Source: Eledone cirrhosa
Lineage: Eukaryota
Assembly: GCA_964016885.1 (NCBI GenBank)
Contig: OZ024741.1
Span: 272,118,001-272,182,000 of the forward strand
Direction of reading: 5' to 3'
DNA length: 64,000 nt
Positions 53,367 to 64,000 of the stretch are shown one piece after another; position 1 is the first letter of the stretch, and every line of letters begins with the position of its first letter. Below the pieces are notes generated by a model. That model saw only the letters and a list, made by a program, of their open reading frames with translations. It was not told the DNA's origin and searched no databases. A program made the position numbers and the translations under genes.

Positions 53367-53817
53367 TGTTTGTGTATAGGTATATATGTATGTATTTATA
53401 TGTATTGATTGTATATGTGTGTTTATATATATATCTATGTACATATATGTATTTGTGTGAGTATGTGTGAATATATGTATTGTTTGTGTATATGTATATA
53501 TGTGTTTGTGTGTATGTATGTATTGGTTATGTATATGTATATATGTAATGGTTATGTATATGTAAGTATGTGTATTTGTGTGTGTGTGTGTGTATAAATA
53601 TATGTATATATGTGTGGTTGTGTGTATGTATTTGTTTGTATATGTATATTTATATATGTATTGGTTGTGTATATATGTATGTATTGGGTGTGTTTGTGTG
53701 TACATGCATGTAGTTTATATGTTTGGTATAAAATGTATATATGTATGTGTTTATGTATATATAGTATATATATATGTTTATGTATATATAGTATATATAT
53801 ATATTTATGTATATATA

Positions 53818-53887
<70 letters not shown>

Positions 53888-54964
53888 TCATCATCATCAT
53901 CGTTTAACGTCCGTGTTCCATGCTTGCATGGGTTTGGACGGGAGTTTTCCCACTTGAGGCAAGAGAGGTTGTCTTGCTCGCATAGGACTGTCTGGCGGGT
54001 TTTCTACAGTTGGATGCCCTTCCTAACACCAACCACATTTACAGTGTGGGGCTGGGAGGTTTTTACCGTGTTGCCTACACGGCCACATTACAGCGTGGAC
54101 TATATATATATATATATATACATATATCAACACATATATGTATACATTTGTTCTATATATGTATTTCTTCTTATATATATATATATAAGATGATATACAT
54201 ATATAGAACAAATGCAAGCAATCATCGACTGCCCTATATGTAAACAAAGCCAACAATAAACAAAACATCTAGTGGACAAGACCATTGGATTCCAAACTCA
54301 TAAAAATTACATTCTTAAAAACTGAGCCAAAATTGAACTAAATGTCTATATTAGAGCTAAGACACCCCCCATAATACCTACCTCAGGCATCATCCACATA
54401 TCCCAACATGCTCTATATTGAGTATGGAGTAGACAGACTTTTTCAAGCTGCAACCATCATATTACGCAGTTTCTGTATAAGAATAGATATTAAATATCCG
54501 TTATTACCTGCAGCGACCACAACCCCATTACATAACAGGCCTTGTTCCACCCTCTCCCATATATATTTGACTTGAAACCCTCAAGCAATTCCCCCAAGAT
54601 AATGTGATGTCACACATTGGGAGGCCCAAGTTTCAAATAAATATAATATATATACTCAAATGTAAAACATAATTAAAATAAAATAAAATACAAAGCTGTT
54701 AAAGAACAAAGAGAGTCAAACAACCAAAAGCAAAGAATAGAAGTCTAGTTCCTCTTCCATATCCTATAAACTGCAATAAGAATAAGGAAAATACCCAAAA
54801 TTGTTAAGAAACAAGTGACATGAGTGAAATGAATCCATGATGAAATATATATATATATCAGAAAACATTATAACCAATAGGCATTGTAAGAGGTATAAAT
54901 CTCAGTGTCATAAACATAGGTATACTAGAATTCAAACCAGTTAAGATTAATTAAATATACAATC

Positions 54965-55005
<41 letters not shown>

Positions 55006-55761
55006 TCATCATCATCATCATCGTTTAATGTCTATCTTCCACGCTAGCATGGGTTAGACGGGAAAATGATTTCTAGTATAGGCACAAGGCCGGTAATTTG
55101 AAGGGGAGGAGAAAGTCGATTAAATCGACCCCAGTGCATTACAGGTGCTTTATTTTATCTACCCCGTAAGGATGAAAAGCAAAGTTAACCTCAGCAGAAT
55201 TTGAACTCGGATCATAAAGGGAGGTAACTCTATGCTGCAAAGCATGGCTACTGACTCTCTACTGATACTGCCAATCCACCACCCTTTAATAATAATAATA
55301 ATAATAATAATGAAAATTATTGTGTACAGTGCTCAGGTGCACAACAACTCATCAAAGATGCATGTATAGTACATAGAATAATGTACAAAAGCAAGGAAAG
55401 TGAAGTGTGTGAGTGATATATAATATACATATATATATATATGATATTGGAAAATGTGTGAGATCCTTGGTACAGTTAGGTATATTTGAAAAAAAGGAAA
55501 AGAATGACTTCACTTGTAGTGTTAAAAAATTTGATTTAATTTTATAATATTATTATAATATTATGAGTTGGTAAATCAAATTTTTTAACACTACAAGTGA
55601 AGTCATTCTTTTTCTTCTTTTCAAATATATATGATATATGTGTGCACTCTGCACAGTTGATTGCAGCTGCATTACTTCAATTTGCCAGATTTGTTGAGTG
55701 AGCTAGACGCTGGCCAGAGGATGGTGAATTTATACCAGTGATCTTTGTTACTTTTATTATA

Positions 55762-55794
<33 letters not shown>

Positions 55795-55796
<2 letters not shown>

Positions 55797-58638
55797 AAAA
55801 ACGTGAAAACCACTTGATCACCAATAGATCAGGGCAACACGCCAGCCAGATAGATTATATCCTTACTAGAAGACGGGACAAAGTATCTGTTATAAACACT
55901 AAATCCCTTCCCCATGAAGAATGCACCTCCCAACATAGCCTAGTAGTTAGTGACCTCACAGTCAGAAATAGACGTATTCGATGACAGACGAGGTTTACCT
56001 TGAGGAGAAGAATATGGAAGTTGAAGGACCCCATAGCCAGTGACAAATTTAAAAGCTTATTACTTGATGCCTTTGACAATAAGGAAGAGGAATTAGAGAC
56101 GTGCGATATAGAGGAACAGTGGCAATTCTTGAAAGTGAACCTGCTGAAAGCAACGGATGAAATCTGTGGCTGGAGCAGACCTATTGGCAGGAGGAGAGTA
56201 ACTTGGTGGTGGAACAGTAAGGTAGAAGAGACAATCAAGGCCAAAAAGCAGGCTTGGAAAGTATGGCAGGATGGAGGAAGTAGAGAGCACTATCAAGTGG
56301 CCAGGAGAAAAGCTAGGAGACAAGTGTACCTTGCAAAAAGGGAAGCAGAGGATAGAAAGTTCAAGCATGTTCTACAACACGAGGTGTTTAGGATTGCTAG
56401 ACAATGTGTCAAGGAAAACTGATATTGTCGGGGAGAAGTGTGTCCGTAATGATAACGGTGTACTTGCCCTCACTGATGCTGATAAGAAGATAGCCTGGAA
56501 GTGTCACTACGAGAGACTATTAAATGAGGAGAATAAGTGGGAAAAAGATAGTCTGCCCCAGATTGATCCAATAGAAAGACCAGCAGTGCAAGTTAAAGGT
56601 AGTATAATAAGTAAGGCAATCAAAGATATGAAGACAGGCAAGGCAGCTGGGTCTTCGGAGATAGTTGCTGTGATGTTGAAGGCATCTGGAATGGTGGGAC
56701 ATACTATGGTCACCTGTATAGTTAACCAAGTAATACAGAATGGGGTCATACCAAAAGACTGGTGTAGCAGCATCATCATTAACTTCTACAAGGGTAAAGG
56801 AGATGCTCTAGATAGAGGAAACTATAGAGGCATTAAGTTAGTTGACCAGGTCATGAAGGTCACAGAAAGAGTTATAGCGCAACTAATCAGAGAGCGAATT
56901 GATCTAGATGAAATGCAGTTTGGGTTTGTATCAGGTAAAAGTACCACAGACGCTCTTTTCCTTGTATGGCAACTACAAGAGCTAAAAGTAGACCCCTCTA
57001 CTTAGCTTTTGTAGACCTGGAGAAAGCTTTTGACAGAGTCCCCTACTCCATTATCTGGTGGGCTCTTAGAAAACTAGGTGTAGATGAATGGCTTGTGAGA
57101 GCTATACAAGCTATGTATAATGAAACAGTCAGTAAGGTTAGAATTAACAATGAATATTGTGAAGAATTTAGTGTAAAAGTTGGTGTTCACCAAGGCTCTA
57201 TCCTTAGCCCCCTCCTATTTATTATTGCCCTTCAGACTATAACAGAGGAGTTCAAGACTGGCTGCCCATGGGAACTCCTATACGCAGATGATCTAACGCT
57301 CATAGCTGAATCAATGGCTGAACTAGAAAAGAAATTCCAAACATGGAAGCATGGCCTAGAATAAAAAGGCCTTAAAGTTAACTTGTCTAAGACTAAAGTC
57401 CTAGTTTGTAGAAAGGAAAATAAGGCACAGGTACCCTCAGGGAAATGGCCTTGCTCAGTGTGTAGGAAAGGAGTAGGTAGAAATTCCATTTTATGTCCAT
57501 AATGCAAACTATGGGTACATAAAAGATGTAGTGGGATCACAGGTAAACTATCTAAGAACGTAGACTTTATATGTGGCTGATGCTCAGGTGCAATAGGCAG
57601 CAAGTGTCCACAGGATACTAGCACCTTCTATTGCCCAGATGGTTCTATAGAAATAGTAGACACTTTCCGTTACCTGGGTGACAAAATCAGGAGTGGTGGA
57701 GGGTGCTCAGAAAGTACAGTAGCCAGAGTCAGAACGGGATGGAAAAATTCAGAGAGCTTATACCACTATTGGCCGCTAAGGGTTTCTCTCTAAAAATGAA
57801 AGGCAGATTGTATGATGCTTGTATACGAACAGCAATGCTACATGGCAGTGAGACATAGGCATTGCGTGCAGAGGACCTGCGTAGACTGGAAAGGAACGAA
57901 GCATGCATGTTCCGCTGGATGTGTAATAGTAATATACGTGAACGGCAAAGCATAAATGAGCTAAGTGAGAAATTAGGAATAAGAGGGATCAGATGCTGTT
58001 TACTCGAGAGAAGACTATGTTGGTATGGCCACGTGATGCGCATGAAAGATGACAGCTGTATAAAAAAGTGCAGGGCGATCAAAATTGATGATAGTTACGG
58101 AGTAGGTAGACCCAGAAAAACCTGGGACGATCTGATAAATTCCGACCTTACACACCTGCACCTCTCTAAGACAATGTCACTGGACCGAGATCTTTGGCGC
58201 TACGCAGTAATACAGAAGACCCGCCTTGCCTATGTACAAAGCAAAACCTACAGTCAGTAGGCACCTCTTAACCAAATATACACCCCAGTCCACTACCCCT
58301 ACCCTATCCTCCCACTCCCTCTCTCTATAAAGTTGGTACCACAACATCCAGTCCAAATAAATGAGATAAATGAGATCGAGATCGTGTAGGTGTCACAAGA
58401 AAAAAACACACAGTCCATGCTGTAATGTGGCCATGTAGGTAACACGGTAAAAAGTTCCCAGTTCCACACTGTAAATGTGGTTGGTGTTAGGAAGGGCATC
58501 CACCCGTAGAAAACCTGCCAGATAGTCCTATATGAGCGAGACACGGTCACCCAACCAACCTTGCCTCAAGTGGGACAACTCCCGTCTAACCCATTCTAGC
58601 GTGGAAAGTGGACGTTAAACGAGGATGATGATGATGAT
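55795..58638 (+). mobile_element. Longest RTE LINE copy (end of APE, RT with PHD-like finger, 3'UTR), pseudogenised
   Basis: SQIDYIL..SQHSLVV (APE), WWWN, KGKGDA..NYRGIKL..QFGF..AFVDLEKAFDRV..GVHQGS.LSP..LYADDL..GRPRKTW. Several stops and frameshifts; (TA)n at the 5' junction and a (GAT)n tail. Confidence 0.95.
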
Positions 58639-58990
58639 GGAGGCACATGGTTTAGTGGTTAGAGCATTGGCCTTGCAATCGAAAGGTTGTGAGTTCAATT
58701 CTCAGACCGGGTGATGTGTTGTTTCCTTGAGCAAGACACTTTATTTCACATTGCTCCACTTTACTCAGCTGTAGAAATGAGATGATAGGGACTGGGGACT
58801 GGGGTCCCTATCATTCCACTGCAAAGTAGTCATGGAGGTGCCACGGCAAAAAGAGCACCCAGCACTCACTGTAAATGAGGTTGGTGTTAGGAAGGGCATC
58901 CAACTGTAGAAATCAAGCCAGTATCAGTTCCCATCCCACCCTTGCAAGCAGGGAAAAAGCGGATGTAAAATGAAATGATGAAGAAATGAT
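58639..58990 (+). mobile_element. tRNA/CORE-like SINE abutting the RTE tail
   Basis: Near-identical to 8946-9288. Confidence 0.88.
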
Positions 58991-59544
58991 ATATATATAT
59001 ATGATGATGATTTCTCTGGAATGAAACAGTTCTAGTCCTGTAGAAGTTTTTCTACATTAAATATTTATACTCTGCTTTGTATTGAGTACCTTACTTACTG
59101 TGGTCCCCACCCCCAATTGAACCCGGGGTGGGGATAAACTTATATATATATATTTGTGGAAGTGTGTGTATATAAATGTATATGTTTGCATGTATATATA
59201 TTATGACAAGGTGGAGTAGGTCTTTCACCTTTTTCTTCTGATTTGAGGGGGAGGGGTTACCTTTCCTTTGACAGTATTTCCTCATCTAACCCCCCCCCCC
59301 CCCTCCACACCCACACACCACACCTTCCTCTCTATATTAACACCTGGTTAATTTCTATGGCACAAGATGATGATGAAGGCTGGGAAAGTTAGGTTCTGGT
59401 GACTCATTCTTCAGAAGAAAAGGGGGACTGTGTGGTGGTGTGATGGTCATGTGGTGGTGTGGTGTGGTGTGGTATGGTTTGCTGTGGTATGGTGGTGTAG
59501 TAGTGCAGTGTGGTATAGTGGTTAGTTTCTGTACCATGTTAACA

Positions 59545-59590
<46 letters not shown>

Positions 59591-59699
59591 TGCCTACTCT
59601 ACCACCATCACTATCATCACCACAACCTCTACTACAATCATCACAACAACCATCGTAACCACTTACACGATACCACCACCACCGCCACCACCACCACCA

Positions 59700-60605
59700 C
59701 CACCACCACCAACAACACCAGTACCTCTATCACTGCCATCACCACCAATAACAACACCAACAACAACACCAGTACCTCTATCACCACAATCCCCTCCATC
59801 ACCACCACCATCAACACCACCACAATCACCCCCACCACTACCATCAATACCACCAAAATCCCCACCGCCACCACAATCAGCACCACCACCACTGTCACCA
59901 CTGCAACCACAATCACCATCAACACCACCGCTACCATCAATACCACCAAAATCCCCACTGCCACCACAATCACCACCACCACCACTGTCACCACTGCAAC
60001 CACAATCACCATCAACACCACCGCTACCATCAATACCACCAAAATCCCCACTGCCACCACAATCACCACCACCACCATCAACACCACCACAATCACCCCC
60101 ACCACTACCATCAATACCACCAAAATCCCCACCGCCACCACAATCACCACCACCACCACTGTCACCACTGCAACCACAATCACCATCAACACCACCGCTA
60201 CCATCAATACCACCAAAATCCCCACTGCCACCACAATCACCACCACCACCATCAACACCACCACAATCACCCCCACCACTACCATCAATACCACCAAAAT
60301 CCCCACTGCCACCACAATCACCACCACCACCACTGTCACCACTGCAACCACAATCACCATCAACACCACCGCTACCATCAATACCACCAAAATCCCCACT
60401 GCCACCACAATCACCACCACCACCATCAACACCACCACAATCACCCCCACCACTACCATCAATACCACCAAAATCCCCACTGCCACCACAATCACCACCT
60501 CCACCATCAACACCACCAAAATCACCACCACCACCACCATCACCACAATCACCGCCACCACCACCATCACCACAATCACCGCCACCACCACCATTACCAC
60601 AATCA
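59700..60605. repeat. CA-rich minisatellite with higher-order block duplications
   Basis: Modules CCATCAATACCACCAAAATCCCCAC(T/C)GCCACCACAATCACC, CACTGTCACCACTGCAACCACAATC and CCATCAACACCACC recur in ordered blocks. Confidence 0.88.
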
Positions 60606-60723
60606 CAGCAAACTGGTTTCACTCCAATTCACGTTTTTTTGTTTGAGTAACAGAGATCATCAGAGCTAAAAGCTGCATTGTTACTCCCACTTTTCTACTC
60701 ATCATCACCATCATCATCATCTT

Positions 60724-60771
<48 letters not shown>

Positions 60772-60779
60772 GCTAACAG

Positions 60780-60811
<32 letters not shown>

Positions 60812-60830
60812 GTTATAACAGTGATATATA

Positions 60831-60878
60831 CAGGTACTTAAGTTTCATTGGGTTATACACCCCAACTCATTCAGCCTG
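60831..60878 (-). ncRNA. Type-I hammerhead ribozyme-like motif with a complete three-stem fold and a one-base core insertion
   Basis: Minus strand CAGG-CTGAATGA-GTTGGG(GTGTATAA)CCCAAT-GAAAC(TTAA)GTA-CCTG. Stem I is CAGG/CCTG, helix III is the palindrome ACTTAAGT, and the cleavage triplet is GUA. Confidence 0.7.
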
Positions 60879-60980
60879 GTATATAAAAGGAAAAATGGCT
60901 GTTGTGACTGATTATACTTAACTCGTCCTACGGACTGAGTGCTCTTACCCTTGGGTATTTCAACCAAACTTATACTGCAT

Positions 60981-61016
<36 letters not shown>

Positions 61017-61226
61017 TCAAGTAAGTATGTTTTGAAACAGTGAGCAGGTTTGAAATTAGAAAATATATAGCTTTCACTGTATTTTTGACTAAAAGAATTT
61101 TAGCCTGATAATGGGGTTTAGAACCCTCAGATAAATGGAAAAAGATGAGTATTGACGTACATTTATCTGAGGGTTCTAAACCCCATTATCGGGCTAAAAT
61201 TCCTTTAGTCAAAAATACGGTGAAAG

Positions 61227-61264
<38 letters not shown>

Positions 61265-62057
61265 AAGCCAAAATACTGTTCCATCTGAGCAAGGTACAGT
61301 GCAGTCAGCTGGCTAGACTTGTCTAAAGATGTAGACAACCCGTCTAACCCATGCAAGCATGGAAAAATAGATGTTAAACGGTGATGATGATGATGATGAC
61401 TTATATCATCATCATCATCACCGTTTAACGTCCAAAGCGGAAAAAATGTATTTTCTTACTGTATTGATAGAAACTTTTATAAATCAATTAAATAATTTAT
61501 TGTAATTTGATCCTGGTTAAGAGAGAGAGAGAGAGAGAGAGTCTGTGGTGATGAGACAGACGAGGCCACTAATCAGAAACCATTATTAGATGGATTGGCA
61601 GTATCAGTAGAGGGTCAGACGGCATGCTTTCTAGCATAGAGTTACATCCCTTTACAGACTGAGTTCAAATCCCGCCAAGGTTAACTTTGCCTTTCATCCT
61701 TATGGGTTCGATAAAATAAAGTACCAGTAATGTACTGGGTTATTGCTGACCTTGTGCCAAAAGTAGAAACAATTATTAAAACAGTATATTTAATATAAAG
61801 AATGATATGCTTATATACACAATATTTGTTTACATACAAATGTCTGCTGACATCTGAAAGTTGTTATTCAACTATCTAATTTAAGATAGTAAGAATTGTT
61901 ATGGTCTCTTAGCTTAATGGTTCAAAGCACCTAGCTAGTACCTGGAAGATATGGGGTTCAATTCCTCATAATGACCAATGGCAACTTCTTTTTCTGTCTT
62001 TAAGTGTCTTCACCCTATTTTATAGCATCTCTGCATATAATCACATTATTCTTTATA

Positions 62058-62663
62058 TTAACCCTTTAAACTGGCTATATCTGACCAGAATTCTCTCGCC
62101 TCTTTCTGTTCAAACCGGCTATAAATGGCTGCTTATACTTATGTTAAGGTATTGCTCTCAAAATAAGTAACATCAAAATCTCATAGGTTCAATATTATGT
62201 GAGATAATTATGTGAGGTAAAGCCTTTACCATGAAAATACAACAGTAAATATAGATAATTGTTTCTACTTTTGGCACAAGGCCAGCAATTACCCAGTTCA
62301 TTACTGGTACTTTATTTTATCGACCTGGTAAGGATGAAAGGCAAAGTTAACTTCGACGGGATTTGAACACAGACTGTAAAGGGACGTAACTATGCTGGAA
62401 AGCATGGCGTCTGACCCTCTACCGATACTGCCAATTCACCACAATATAGATAATTGTTTCTACATTTGGCACAAGGCCAGCAATTACCCAGTACGTTACT
62501 GGTACTTTATTTTATCGACCCCGTAAGGATGAAAGGCAAAGTTAACCTCGGCAGGATTTGAACTCAGATCGTAAGGCGACGTAACTATGCTGGAAAGCAT
62601 GTCCGACCCTCTACCGATACTGCCAATTCACCACAATATAGATAATAAATGCTAAAGGGTTAA
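62058..62663. mobile_element. piggyBac-type MITE carrying two tandem SINE copies
   Basis: TTAACCCTTTAAA...AAATGCTAAAGGGTTAA. SINEs at about 62255-62441 and 62450-62634 are delimited by three copies of AATATAGATAAT. Confidence 0.85.
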
Positions 62664-62766
62664 ATTTATCTTCTCTCAATGCTTTGTAAGAGTCTGAGAG
62701 ATAAGCTATGAATATACAATGTTTCTTTATTTATGTTTATATTTTCTATTCACTGTATATTTTCAG

Positions 62767-62947
62767 TTGTTTGTTGTGTTGGTTCTGATCGTTGGAGGCT
62801 TTCTGCTGTGTCTTCTCACTGGGATTCTCACTGCTACTCAGATTCTGAAACCAATAACATCTATCTCCTATTGTGTCTACAACACTGAATCAACGTTGTG
62901 TGAATGTTTCAGTCGTGTACAGCAATCAGTGGAAAATTCCAAAAGTA
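62767..62947 (+). CDS. Internal 181-nt coding exon: transmembrane helix plus Cys-containing loop (sarcospan/MS4A-like)
   Basis: Acceptor TATATTTTCAG and donor GTAAGT at 62948. Encodes LFVVLVLIVGGFLLCLLTGILTATQILKPITSISYCVYNTESTLCECFSRVQQSVENSKS in non-repetitive sequence. The family assignment rests on recalled similarity only. Confidence 0.78.
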
Positions 62948-63129
62948 GTAAGTACTTTTTATGTGATCCTTTGTGTGTCTGTCTCTTTCTGTCTCTATGG
63001 TGTGTGTGTGTGTGTGTCTGTATGTATGTTTGTCTGCCTGTGTGTCTTTGTGTCTCTGTGTGTGTCTTTGTGTCTGTGTGTGTGTCTCTGTCTGTGTGTG
63101 TGTCTCTGTCTGTGTGTGTTTGATGTATG

Positions 63130-64000
63130 AATATTAAAACTCTTTGCCAACTATATCAAGCATTAAATTACCATTTCATTGTATTGTTTTCCAAGCTGTC
63201 AACCACTTCTAGGGATCCTTCCTGGGGTTGGGAAAGGTGTGTGTCACTGACCCTTTTACTGTCAATTATCCCTGTACACCTATTATATACAAAGTCTTCC
63301 TTTCCTGTTAATCTGCCTGCTAACCCAGATTGTATTGTGTACATCATATACTCCTTTTCTACATATCAAACAAGGCCACAGTCCTGTTAGGATCAGACTC
63401 CTGTGTCTTTCCTGCTTACTAAAACTTTAGATTTTGCTAAGTTTACTTTCAGCCCTTTTGAGTCTATAAGTTCTGTTTCCACAGACAGAATTTATTCTCT
63501 GGTTCTTACACAGATTCAGCTGCATATAAAAGTTCCCATGGACAGCCTTAAACTCCTCTGTTATAGCCCAGAGGACTATGATAAACAGGAGTGCACTGAG
63601 AACAGAATCCTGATGCACACCTAAGTGTACCTTGAATTCCTCACTAAACTCACTTTATTGACAGCTCCTCTGTACATAGCTTGCACTGCTGTCACAAGCC
63701 ATTCTTCTACAACTAATTTCCTTAAGGACCATTAGATAATAGATCAAGGTACTCTACCAAAGGCCTTTTCTAGATCAACAAAAGCTAAATATAGGAATTT
63801 ATTCTTGGTTAGGTACTTCTCTTGTAGTTGTCCAACTAAAAAGAGGGCATCTGTAGTACTTTTCCCATGTATGAAACCAAACTGCATCTCATCTAATTTG
63901 ACTCTTTCCCTAAGTATTTGTGCTATAATTCTTTCTGTCACTTTCATAACTTGGTTCATTAGTTTTATTCTTCTGTAGTTGCTACTTTCTAGAGCATTAC
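63130..64000 (-). mobile_element. Older RTE RT relic
   Basis: QVMKVTERIIAQ..EMQFGFIHGKSTTDA..AFVDLEKAFGRVP and HQDSVLSALLF, with many disruptions. Confidence 0.88.

Noticed and set aside
59641-60622. Gly/Asp/Cys-rich 319-aa ORF resembling a structural protein
   Set aside because: It is a minisatellite open in multiple frames, antisense to the host gene and flanked by microsatellites. Coding cannot be fully excluded without RNA data.

Overview
Eukaryotic, AT-rich, microsatellite-dense animal DNA. The SINE/LINE repertoire suggests an octopod cephalopod, but that is inference. Most of the window looks like intron of one + strand host gene. Only two exons are recognisable: 15320-15376 and 62767-62947. 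They are about 47 kb apart, join in phase 0, and encode part of a multi-pass membrane protein resembling sarcospan/MS4A. The rest is nested transposon debris: RTE LINEs with a PHD-like finger inside the RT, CR1 and Tx1 LINE ends, Penelope-like elements (Naiad-type RT and GIY-YIG pieces), an internally deleted Helitron, mariner relics, piggyBac and hAT MITEs, tRNA-derived SINEs and young satellites. The most notable signals are (i) several minimal type-I hammerhead ribozyme motifs, including a pair with covarying stem II, one near-complete fold, and one inside a 321-bp terminally redundant retrozyme-like unit, and (ii) about ten foldback (hairpin) inserts sitting in (TA)n tracts. Nearly all ORFs in the supplied track are microsatellite artefacts. 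Repeat boundaries were read by eye and are approximate.
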